A DNA stretch of 64,000 nucleotides from a virus (taxonomy: Duplodnaviria > Caudoviricetes). The first letter of the stretch is position 1. Every line of letters begins with the position of its first letter. The stretch is taken from positions 1 to 64,000 of the IMG/VR virus record IMGVR_UViG_3300021979_000003, one strand, 5' to 3'. Shown in pieces: positions 36,448 through 44,582 of the stretch. The notes under the pieces are model-generated. The model was not told where the DNA came from, made no database searches, and saw nothing but the letters and a program-made list of their open reading frames with translations. A program made the position numbers and the translations under genes.

Positions 36448-36456
36448 TATACGCCC

Positions 36457-36867
36457 TTACTGATAAATTTCAAACGTTTTCTGATTACCGTTTGCAAAAT
36501 GAATAATTGATTTAACATTATCTGCTAATGCATGATCAGGTGCCATTACAATTTCTTCTTTAGAATAAACAGTAATCTTTTCATCTTCCATTGTAACGGC
36601 TTCATAGATATTGTCAACTACTGTTTTAAATACAAATACAGTGTAGTCTTCACCAAAAATATAACCAAATAACGTTGGCTCGATATCAAGATTGCATTCT
36701 TCTTTAGCTTCGCGGATCATTGCGGCGACAATGGTTTCATCTTGCTCAACTTTTCCACCCACGAAGGTAGTTTTACCTTTTAAAAACTCAGGGCGATTTT
36801 TACTAATCATCACGTATTCTTCATGTGTGGGATCAGTAATAACACTCATTACATAGCTTATAGACAT
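36457..36867 (-). CDS. Nudix hydrolase
   Basis: Intact Nudix box GGKVEQDETIVAAMIREAKEECNL. Confidence 0.92.
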   Translation of the reverse strand: MSISYVMSVITDPTHEEYVMISKNRPEFLKGKTTFVGGKVEQDETIVAAMIREAKEECNLDIEPTLFGYIFGEDYTVFVFKTVVDNIYEAVTMEDEKITVYSKEEIVMAPDHALADNVKSIIHFANGNQKTFEIYQ

Positions 36868-36877
36868 TTTATATTCC

Positions 36878-37243
36878 TTATGTTAGAAGCTTCAAGTTTT
36901 TCAAATCATCACCAATGTCATCTTCATGAATTGGACCAATACCCAAACAAGTAACAGTAGGCTCTTTAAAAACAGTAAATCCCGCATCTTTGATGAAAGC
37001 CACGCCACATACATGATAATACGATTTCAGAAGTTCCTCAAGCTCTTCTTCAGTATCTACGACTAAGGTTATCTTTTTAGCGTGTTTGCTATCTATATAG
37101 GCTTGTGCAGCTTCTGGGAAGCGGCGTTGTGCGTCCCACCATGCATGTAGATATGCGTGACCTGCTTGAGAACAAAGTTTACCACGGTTGCCGTTCATTT
37201 TTTTCAATGCTTCTTTACACACTATATCATAAATTTTATACAT
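36878..37243 (-). CDS. pth2: peptidyl-tRNA hydrolase type II
   Basis: GKLCSQAGHA, KKITL, IKDAGFT, TCLGIGP motifs. Confidence 0.92.
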   Translation of the reverse strand: MYKIYDIVCKEALKKMNGNRGKLCSQAGHAYLHAWWDAQRRFPEAAQAYIDSKHAKKITLVVDTEEELEELLKSYYHVCGVAFIKDAGFTVFKEPTVTCLGIGPIHEDDIGDDLKNLKLLT

Positions 37244-37255
37244 AATAGTTCCTAA

Positions 37256-37495
37256 TTAAAATGGTACAGGTATTACACCTGTAAATGCTAGTATCATACG
37301 AATAACGAGGGTAATTAAACCAATCATGAACATAAAGGCGAACCCAACCACTGCGTTACGTTTATAACCTTTATCATTGCCGTTATATGAGTCAATGATG
37401 CCGCACATAACCCATCCAATGGCAGGTGCGATAATAAAAATCAAGACTACCACAAAAATGATAAACATCAAGAACACATTTTCAAGAATAAACAT
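37256..37495 (-). CDS. two-TM membrane protein
   Basis: Two hydrophobic helices; similar layout to 37503..37739. Confidence 0.7.
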   Translation of the reverse strand: MFILENVFLMFIIFVVVLIFIIAPAIGWVMCGIIDSYNGNDKGYKRNAVVGFAFMFMIGLITLVIRMILAFTGVIPVPF

Positions 37496-37502
37496 AATTA
37501 CC

Positions 37503-37739
37503 TCAAACTGAAGCTATGGCTAAGCTAAGAACAATCCCGATACAATAAAACAAGAATATAAGACCCAATAGGAAAATGGTCATAGCAAAACCATTGAAAA
37601 GGTTTGCTCGATATTCATTTGTTTCAGTATTCGTGTTCACTAAAAATCTCATTGCTTTACCGATAATGGGAAAGACCCAAAAGATAGTAAACAGACCTAC
37701 AATAAGGAATGCTAGTACAGTTATGAATGAAAACTCCAT
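37503..37739 (-). CDS. two-TM membrane protein
   Basis: Two hydrophobic helices; GAGG region upstream. Confidence 0.7.
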   Translation of the reverse strand: MEFSFITVLAFLIVGLFTIFWVFPIIGKAMRFLVNTNTETNEYRANLFNGFAMTIFLLGLIFLFYCIGIVLSLAIASV

Positions 37740-38329
37740 TAGTCTTTCCCTCCAAAGAATCTTCTAACGGCCCTTGACATGATACCAATCGTAGTATCAC
37801 CTTTCTTACTACCAACATATTCAGTAGTAGGCGGTGGGGTTCGCTTTCCAGTATTCTCGTTAACGAAATCCAATGGTGGAGCTTCAACTGTCTTATCAGG
37901 CTCTTCATCTTTTCTCACAACATTGGGATCACAGATAAGTGGTGCTTTTTCCAGTACACGCCATCCAGCACCCCATTTTGCATCACAGTCCAGACAATGA
38001 TAAAGACCATCATATTCAAACACTCTCTTATGAGTGCCTACTGTTAGCTTACCATCAACAATTTTTTCTTCAGACTCTTTCACCGTTTCTTTCTTAGGTT
38101 CAGAAACTTGCGGTACAAACGATGGAGTCTGTGTATCTACACCATAAATCCATCCACCCTCAACGCGCATGACAGTGATGAATTTTTTAACCTCATCACA
38201 ACCAGTTTCGTGATGAATGAACTTATGGCCTACGTGGATACTCATAGTCTCATGTAGCTTCAGATCATAAATGGTTCTCTGTCGTTTTTGATTATAATCG
38301 GACGGTCCAAGACCGGGATTCTTACACAT
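37739..38329 (-). CDS. hypothetical protein
   Basis: 196 aa; HCLDCDAKW motif. Confidence 0.7.
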   Translation of the reverse strand: MCKNPGLGPSDYNQKRQRTIYDLKLHETMSIHVGHKFIHHETGCDEVKKFITVMRVEGGWIYGVDTQTPSFVPQVSEPKKETVKESEEKIVDGKLTVGTHKRVFEYDGLYHCLDCDAKWGAGWRVLEKAPLICDPNVVRKDEEPDKTVEAPPLDFVNENTGKRTPPPTTEYVGSKKGDTTIGIMSRAVRRFFGGKD

Positions 38330-38330
38330 A

Positions 38331-38939
38331 TTACGCCACCTTCTTTTGTTTCTTAAGGTCTTCCTTAAGCTTCTTCAAAGTATTCTTGTATTCGGCTTTC
38401 ACCTCATCAAAATCAAGGTTGCTGTCTTTAACAACATCCAGATCAATGTAAATTTCTGGCTCATGGTTCATGCGGTGGATCACAAGGTGTTGCATCATAG
38501 CCAAGGTTGCTGACATCGCTTCGAACCAGTTAGTATCCAATACAGTAGAACGCTTCAGGAAGTCTTGAAGTACTGTATTGTTTTTAGCTTTGTTTGCTTC
38601 TTTCTTGATTTGCTGACACAGAAAATCATACTCAGCAAAGTAACGTGCAGCGGCAAGGTATGACTTATTGTAGCAGGCATTCTCAAGTACAAACCCAAGA
38701 TTGATTTCAATTTGGGTCATACGAACTTGCATAGGATAGATTTCTTGACACACAGGAGTAACATCATCTACATTCCGCTTGTGTTGTTTCACAAGCTTCG
38801 CTCGAAGCTTGTGATCAGGCTCTTCGAGAGTTTTATCAAACTCATTGTCCATACGTGACAAAAGATTCTCACTAAGTTGCTCTTTGATAGTGTCCATCAG
38901 ATTTAGAGCGACAGAATAGTTTTTGATATCGTGTGTCAT
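38331..38939 (-). CDS. helical hypothetical protein
   Basis: GAGGA RBS, 202 aa. Confidence 0.8.
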   Translation of the reverse strand: MTHDIKNYSVALNLMDTIKEQLSENLLSRMDNEFDKTLEEPDHKLRAKLVKQHKRNVDDVTPVCQEIYPMQVRMTQIEINLGFVLENACYNKSYLAAARYFAEYDFLCQQIKKEANKAKNNTVLQDFLKRSTVLDTNWFEAMSATLAMMQHLVIHRMNHEPEIYIDLDVVKDSNLDFDEVKAEYKNTLKKLKEDLKKQKKVA

Positions 38940-39000
38940 TTCAATTCCTCAATAGTTATATGTTAAGTTAATTATACACATCATGTAATTAAAAGTCGAG

Positions 39001-39144
39001 GGCGGACGGAGGATTCGAACCCACTCATGCAAGATAATTATTCCATGACCGGCCTAGCCATTAGTAACACCTTACACTTATCATTGAAACATTACAATTG
39101 ACCGGTTTAATAATGTTTCTCAGACCAGCCCTAATGCATCCGCC
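39001..39144 (-). ncRNA. 144-nt tRNA-like RNA without canonical anticodon arm
   Basis: GGCGGAT/GTCCGCC acceptor, GG-TTCGAAT-CC T-loop, internal helices CATTAG/CTAATG, GAAACATTA/TAATGTTTC, TCATG/CATGA; no encoded CCA. Confidence 0.7.
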
Positions 39145-39152
39145 ATAATTCG

Positions 39153-39620
39153 TTAGCCTTTGATGAATGCTCCCACGACAATAACAGCAATTAAGATAAC
39201 ACCAAAGGTTGTTAGGAATGAAGGCTTTTGTTTCCCTCGCTTTCCATGTTGATCTTTTTTATTAGTAAACCAGTTTCTAGGCTTAATAACAAATTCTTTT
39301 TTAGAACTAAGTTCACCTTTATCTTCGACACGAACATTCCAGTTCATGGCAATAAGGCAATCCTTTACTTCTTTGATGTATTCCGAGTTTCTTGCCACCT
39401 CATCAGTCATAGGAATACCTACCGATAGAGCGACCCATCCGTTTTTGACATAAAACTCATCAATTTTCGCATTGATTCTAGCAATCATTTTAGAGATAGC
39501 TTCTTTTCTCTTCGCTTTCTCTTTGTCTTCCACTTCAGATACAACACTATCTGCGTCAGGCAATGATACATTGTATTGATCTTGCTGGTATACTGAATTT
39601 AAAAGTTCTTCTTGGCTCAT
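39153..39620 (-). CDS. C-terminally anchored membrane protein
   Basis: C-terminal TM helix; GAGG RBS. Confidence 0.75.
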   Translation of the reverse strand: MSQEELLNSVYQQDQYNVSLPDADSVVSEVEDKEKAKRKEAISKMIARINAKIDEFYVKNGWVALSVGIPMTDEVARNSEYIKEVKDCLIAMNWNVRVEDKGELSSKKEFVIKPRNWFTNKKDQHGKRGKQKPSFLTTFGVILIAVIVVGAFIKG

Positions 39621-39627
39621 TATGACC

Positions 39628-40104
39628 TCACATTATAGTGGTGAAAAAACCATACCGCAGACGAAACTTCTCGCCATAAGTATTTCTCAGCTTTTTAACA
39701 ATATCTGCAAATTCTTTGTTATTCATTGCATTTTCGATATCAGTTTCATAATCGATGCTGGTAACATCGAAGTAAATTTCATCAGTATCGAAAGATTCAA
39801 AACGAACACCTTCAAGCTTACGGTTCAGTCCGAAAAACTTTTGGTTGTCTCTAGATACTTCGCCAGCCTGAAGAAGGATATGATCAGGAAGACCAGCTTC
39901 CTCTTCAATATCCCAACCTGAAATATGAGTCCAACCGTCTTCGTATTCAACTTCTTCAACAGTCTCACCACACAACGGGCAGAAAGAATATCCTTTGTTT
40001 ACACCGAACTGATGTTCATTCTTACAACGATATTCATAGGTATATTGCGGCTCTTTGTGATCAATTTCAAAGTAAAATCCGAAGTAATGTGAAGTATCAA
40101 ACAT
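39628..40104 (-). CDS. Zn-ribbon-containing hypothetical protein
   Basis: CKNEH...FCPLCG. Confidence 0.75.
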   Translation of the reverse strand: MFDTSHYFGFYFEIDHKEPQYTYEYRCKNEHQFGVNKGYSFCPLCGETVEEVEYEDGWTHISGWDIEEEAGLPDHILLQAGEVSRDNQKFFGLNRKLEGVRFESFDTDEIYFDVTSIDYETDIENAMNNKEFADIVKKLRNTYGEKFRLRYGFFTTIM

Positions 40105-40110
40105 AATTTT

Positions 40111-40269
40111 TTACCTTCCTTTTTCTTGGCTAGTTAGGTGATAGCCGTTACAGTGTTTACAATAGTATAGTCGTTTTTCAATACGATGTCCACCACTTTT
40201 ATTTTTACAGGTAGCAAGTGCCAGTTGTGCACCTATTTTGTCATAACGTCTTTTCCTACAATTCATCAT
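40111..40269 (-). CDS. small Zn-binding protein (52 aa, not in ORF track)
   Basis: ...LYYCKHCNGYHLTSQ. Confidence 0.7.
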   Translation of the reverse strand: MMNCRKRRYDKIGAQLALATCKNKSGGHRIEKRLYYCKHCNGYHLTSQEKGR

Positions 40270-40577
40270 CTATTACCACTAGCATCTTTTATTCTTTCTT
40301 CAGACATATCATCCAAGAATGAAATAGCGTATAAGAACATAACAACAAATGAAATAAAAATAGAATACAAAACTGATACGACAATTGCCAATAACAAATG
40401 CCACTGAATTGATGTCAAAAACATACCCATTGAAAATATATTAGCCATAAAAAACAATATTAACACATACACACACGCGTTTACTAACTTATTTTCAAGA
40501 ACGTGTTTTCTTTCTACGACTTTCAAATCACGAGTTTCGCCGCTCTCATGATCAGCGAAAATATTATAACCCATCAA
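40266..40577 (-). CDS. two-TM membrane protein
   Basis: Hydrophobic segments. Confidence 0.7.
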   Translation of the reverse strand: MMGYNIFADHESGETRDLKVVERKHVLENKLVNACVYVLILFFMANIFSMGMFLTSIQWHLLLAIVVSVLYSIFISFVVMFLYAISFLDDMSEERIKDASGNR

Positions 40578-40836
40578 TAAAATCCATACGTGTCTTGTGG
40601 TTTACCATAACCCAGATACGTTCGATGATAGCCATAGGCACAATGAAACTGAAAAGGGTAACAGTCCAAATAACAAGGCCCATTGCTAATGAATGTTTAA
40701 CTCCAACTACAATTCCAGCAAGAGTACATCCAATAGCACAGATAACCATCAATGTGATGATCTTTTTTCGAACATCCATATAGAAATTATACTTTTTACG
40801 TGTTCGTTCATGCTTTGTTGCCATTGAATCTGTCAT
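40564..40836 (-). CDS. two-TM membrane protein
   Basis: AGGAG RBS; own promoter TTGCAT-17-TATAAT at 40860-40888. Confidence 0.75.
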   Translation of the reverse strand: MTDSMATKHERTRKKYNFYMDVRKKIITLMVICAIGCTLAGIVVGVKHSLAMGLVIWTVTLFSFIVPMAIIERIWVMVNHKTRMDFIDGL

Positions 40837-40887
40837 AAGGATGTCTCCTGTTTAACAATATTATAAAGCATGATTATTTTAAATGCA

Positions 40888-40912
40888 AGAAAAAGGCGGG
40901 ATAAACCCGCCT
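40888..40912 (-). terminator. intrinsic terminator of the large ncRNA
   Basis: AGGCGGG-TTTAT-CCCGCCT-TTTT on minus strand. Confidence 0.88.
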
Positions 40913-40934
40913 CATCTTTTTCTCTATTTTACTC

Positions 40935-40963
40935 TAAGTTTCTATTAAGTTTCTATTAAGTTT
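40935..40963. repeat. 11-nt tandem repeat TAAGTTTCTAT (about 2.6 copies)
   Basis: Direct repeat visible between ncRNA body and terminator. Confidence 0.85.
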
Positions 40964-40964
40964 T

Positions 40965-41225
40965 GCGGTAGTTACTTTCCACTACCAAGTCAGTCACGCA
41001 TTAGCTTCTAAGGCTTTTCAGCCTCCGCTGTCTCGTTGAGACTTGCGCTCCCCACTGACTCGTCTATGTATGAAAGGACCGTTGTGGGAATAACGACCTT
41101 CCCCATTCCCTTATCTCTAGTGTGTACGTTGTAAGCTATAAGGAATGGAAAACTCGCCTACACGCCCTTTCTTACTCTTAGTTTAAGGGAACTATAAGAA
41201 AGGTAATTCGTTTCCCTCAATCTTC
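40965..41225 (-). ncRNA. large structured ncRNA of unknown family
   Basis: ORF-free, GC-richer than flanks, at least 6 helices, own promoter and terminator. Confidence 0.75.
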
Positions 41226-41231
41226 ATATAC

Positions 41232-41260
41232 AGTATACTGCAATATTATTTAGGTTGCAA
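41232..41260 (-). promoter_or_regulatory. sigma70-type promoter of the large ncRNA
   Basis: TTGCAA-17-TATACT. Confidence 0.75.
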
Positions 41261-41770
41261 CCCCTTATCTCGAATTACTTCGTTCATTTTTTCTAACGCT
41301 GAACGAACTTCCTCAATACGATCATTAGGGTGTGTACCGTCATGGTGAAGCTCAGCCGAATAAGGTCTACGAGATAGAACATCTTCACAAAAGCTCAAAG
41401 CATTATATGCTTCAATTAGTGCGTGATCTTCATATTCCTGATCTACCATAACTTTTGGTGGCTCTTCGTCGTCATGTTCGACATCATCAGACCAACACTC
41501 ATCTTCAGTATCGACATAAAAAATATCGTCGTGAAGACCATTAACGATCCTTCCACCAGCACCAACTACCACATAATGATTTGGCATGTTACCGATTTCA
41601 GAAAGAATGGTACAGCTTTTAGCTTTAGTTTTAAGACTAAAACCTAGCATTCTATAATAGTTATCTCGATGGTGTTTATCATAATCATCAGCATCGCAGA
41701 TAACTGATACTGCTATGCCTTTCCTAAGAGCATGTAACGCTCTGTCATGTTCACACAATGGAACCAGCAT
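41246..41770 (-). CDS. hypothetical protein
   Basis: GGAGG RBS, 174 aa. Confidence 0.75.
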   Translation of the reverse strand: MLVPLCEHDRALHALRKGIAVSVICDADDYDKHHRDNYYRMLGFSLKTKAKSCTILSEIGNMPNHYVVVGAGGRIVNGLHDDIFYVDTEDECWSDDVEHDDEEPPKVMVDQEYEDHALIEAYNALSFCEDVLSRRPYSAELHHDGTHPNDRIEEVRSALEKMNEVIRDKGLQPK

Positions 41771-42108
41771 TATTTGTTTCCTCCAATAACCATAGAATAG
41801 TGCGTGTAAAATCCTTCAAGTTCTGGTACTGTAAACCAGAAGTTATGTTTAACAGTGGAAATACATTTACACTTTCCAGATTCTTCCCAATAAAGAATAT
41901 AAGTTTTTTCACGATCAATAGAGACAGCTTTCTTCTGTGCACTAATGAACGCAATCTCTTTATATCCTAATTCATCTTCACAACGCTTCTTCCAAATCTT
42001 CATACATTCTTTACATTGTGAGACTGGATACATCATAGCTTTGTAATCTTTGTGTTCTTTACAACGGTCTACACCATCGTATGAATACTCAGTATCAAAC
42101 AGTTTCAT
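41770..42108 (-). CDS. Cys-containing hypothetical protein
   Basis: AGGAG RBS. Confidence 0.75.
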   Translation of the reverse strand: MKLFDTEYSYDGVDRCKEHKDYKAMMYPVSQCKECMKIWKKRCEDELGYKEIAFISAQKKAVSIDREKTYILYWEESGKCKCISTVKHNFWFTVPELEGFYTHYSMVIGGNK

Positions 42109-42117
42109 ATAATTCTC

Positions 42118-42378
42118 CTAAGACGATACTTTCTGAAGGTTAAACCAAAGATCAGGACCAATACTGATCATATAATTTCCCCCCTCTATTTCTACAGTTC
42201 GGCCATTAAGCTCTACTGCTTCATCATAACAGAAATACGGGGAAAGACTCATCATGTGAACTCGGTAGAGTCCATCACTTTCAGTAATCCCCCTAAGCAT
42301 ACTTTTTCTACTTCCAGTAGCAGTAGTATACACTGCATACTGTAACATAGATTTCATTGTATTAATAGGAAGTGTCAT
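42118..42378 (-). CDS. hypothetical protein
   Basis: GAGGA RBS. Confidence 0.65.
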   Translation of the reverse strand: MTLPINTMKSMLQYAVYTTATGSRKSMLRGITESDGLYRVHMMSLSPYFCYDEAVELNGRTVEIEGGNYMISIGPDLWFNLQKVSS

Positions 42379-42380
42379 AC

Positions 42381-43607
42381 TTATTCCTCTTCGTCGTAAT
42401 CCTCATCATATATGTCTTCTTCATATCGCTTGATAGAGTCAAGGCAAGAATTGAAGAACAATTTATATGCCCGAGTATTGTAATCCTGTCCTGAGTAACG
42501 TGATGGGGTTACCGTACCATGAATGTAATTGTCGTACCAAAGCATAAAGCTATAAAAGTTCTTAAACTCGTCAATATCAATATCAGTATTAAAGAAAAAG
42601 TCTTGATAAAAATGCATGTACTCAGTGGTCTTTGCGCCAGAATCGTGCATACTAACCTTATTGATATACTCATAAACAACTCTACGATGAGAGCCAGATG
42701 TATCAATTGATTCTTTATTCCTATCAAAATAGTCAACAACGTCAAGAATCTTTCGTTCATCCTCTGCATCTTCTTCATCGGCAGATTCTACGACACGTTG
42801 GATAGACTTTCTAAGTGATTTCTCGCCCCCACCGTGTTCTATGCTCATACTTACAACCATGAAGGTTGTTCTTGGAATACCTTCTAAAATTTCAGTCAGT
42901 TCAGATAGTAGAGCATCTTTATTTTCAACGTCGTCTTTAAAAATAGATTCTTCAACTAGCTGTTCGTCACGATTCTTCATTTTTTCCATTAGATAGGTAA
43001 AAAATGAAAGCAATGTTGCTTTTGATGGATCACCAAAGACATTTGTTTTAAAATCTTCAAATGTAAGGTTTTCATATCGCATTTCACCATTTTCAAAGAC
43101 TGGACATTCAGGATCATAAGACCCAGATAGAATACTATCATAAATGTCTTTTTTAATAGTAAAAGGAAATACTTGTACTGGACGATCATACTTAATCGGT
43201 TGACTATATACGTCTTGAAATTCTACACTTTCACGAGCAATGTAATTATCGCCTTGCTTAAAGTAGAGTACGCCTTCATGAAGAAAGTGGTAAATGGTTT
43301 CGAGGCTAAGTGTATCTCGATTTAGTTTAGTGGATGTGTTTGGAATTGTTTCATCATTCTCTGCGATGATGGCATTCTTTTTAATAAACTCATCGATCAT
43401 TTGTCGAGTTTCATCACTGACATCAACTTTACATTCACCATAGTCATCGTACACACCGTCTAGTAGGAACGGAAACATAAATCGATACTTACTACAACTA
43501 CGAATCATATCATAATTTGGTGACTCTACAAGAAAGCCAACCTTTACTTTTTCATTCCATTGGATAGGAAGGTTGGTTACTGAACACGTTACATTAAAAC
43601 TACCCAT
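42381..43607 (-). CDS. hypothetical phage protein (MGSFNVTC N-terminus)
   Basis: 408-aa ORF, GGAG RBS. Confidence 0.85.
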   Translation of the reverse strand: MGSFNVTCSVTNLPIQWNEKVKVGFLVESPNYDMIRSCSKYRFMFPFLLDGVYDDYGECKVDVSDETRQMIDEFIKKNAIIAENDETIPNTSTKLNRDTLSLETIYHFLHEGVLYFKQGDNYIARESVEFQDVYSQPIKYDRPVQVFPFTIKKDIYDSILSGSYDPECPVFENGEMRYENLTFEDFKTNVFGDPSKATLLSFFTYLMEKMKNRDEQLVEESIFKDDVENKDALLSELTEILEGIPRTTFMVVSMSIEHGGGEKSLRKSIQRVVESADEEDAEDERKILDVVDYFDRNKESIDTSGSHRRVVYEYINKVSMHDSGAKTTEYMHFYQDFFFNTDIDIDEFKNFYSFMLWYDNYIHGTVTPSRYSGQDYNTRAYKLFFNSCLDSIKRYEEDIYDEDYDEEE

Positions 43608-43619
43608 ACAATTTCTCCA

Positions 43620-43817
43620 CTATTTTTTAGGTTTATCAAATGTTATACCATTCTGAAGTTTCATTCTGGCATAATCTCTACAAATTTCCCTGATGGTCGA
43701 TGCTTTTACATTACCCAACAAACGAACATCAGGTTCCCAACTGTTAGCACACTGTAATAGTTCTAGTGCGCTTTCATAAAGCTGGTGATCTGTTAGTTTA
43801 TCATTACTGTCGCTCAT
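43620..43817 (-). CDS. small hypothetical protein
   Basis: Operon context. Confidence 0.65.
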   Translation of the reverse strand: MSDSNDKLTDHQLYESALELLQCANSWEPDVRLLGNVKASTIREICRDYARMKLQNGITFDKPKK

Positions 43818-43819
43818 AC

Positions 43820-44260
43820 CTAGTCCAACATATCAAAACGTAATTGTTCGAGTATATCTATAACCCATTGTCCACCAGCTTCTTTTACTTCTCCATTGTA
43901 CACATAGTAGTGCTTTAATGGAAGCGTTAAGTCAGTCCACAATGAATTTTCTTTAAGCCAATCAGAATTATCATTTATCTTTTGCTGTAAAGCTTTTTTA
44001 AACTTATTCTTATTGACTGTTTGGTTTGCTACTGGAAGCTTTCTACCATATTCTTTTGCTTTGTATCCATGTAGATCACGCAGCATATCATCATAGGTTT
44101 TAAGCCAATACCAGTATCCCTCTAATGACTCAAAATGACCATCAGGAGTATTCACTGGTGTATGGGCAAAGTTTGAAAGAAACCTACCCAGAGAGGTCTT
44201 ACCACGTGAGTAAGCGTTAATATGTGTTATGCCATCTTCTTCTGGATCAATATCTAACAT
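43820..44260 (-). CDS. NADAR-like protein (T4 gp30.3-related)
   Basis: HINAYS...FLSNFAHTP...FESLEGYWYWLK resembles gp30.3 LSNFA...LEGF; likely start 44260. Confidence 0.6.
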   Translation of the reverse strand: MLDIDPEEDGITHINAYSRGKTSLGRFLSNFAHTPVNTPDGHFESLEGYWYWLKTYDDMLRDLHGYKAKEYGRKLPVANQTVNKNKFKKALQQKINDNSDWLKENSLWTDLTLPLKHYYVYNGEVKEAGGQWVIDILEQLRFDMLD

Positions 44261-44582
44261 AATGATGGTATACCGTAGTCCATCGATTGGACATTCCCAT
44301 ATTATAAATAATTTCTTCTGCAAGTTTTTCTGGTACTTTGTGGCGTTGTACACACTCTAGGTTACACAGCTTATCAATAATTTCATTTTTAGAAAACGTG
44401 TTACCAACTTCTAACAAGATAGAAAACTTTTCAAATACATCATGTATTTCATTAAACTCTTCTTGTGAAATATTATTTTCGTGGATTGTTCGGATAATAG
44501 GTAAACTACTATCCGAAACCAGCAAATCCACTGTATGCTCTAGGTGCTTGATACGCTCTTTTAGATCGTCTATTTCACTCAT
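44247..44582 (-). CDS. hypothetical protein
   Basis: ATGA overlap with upstream gene. Confidence 0.65.
   Translation of the reverse strand: MSEIDDLKERIKHLEHTVDLLVSDSSLPIIRTIHENNISQEEFNEIHDVFEKFSILLEVGNTFSKNEIIDKLCNLECVQRHKVPEKLAEEIIYNMGMSNRWTTVYHHYVRY

Noticed and set aside
40965-41225. tmRNA, RNase P RNA or group I intron identity for the large ncRNA
   Set aside because: No tRNA-like acceptor or CCA end, no GAGGAAAGUCC / CAGAA..CGGCUUA P4 elements, no recognisable P7 core, and it does not interrupt a gene
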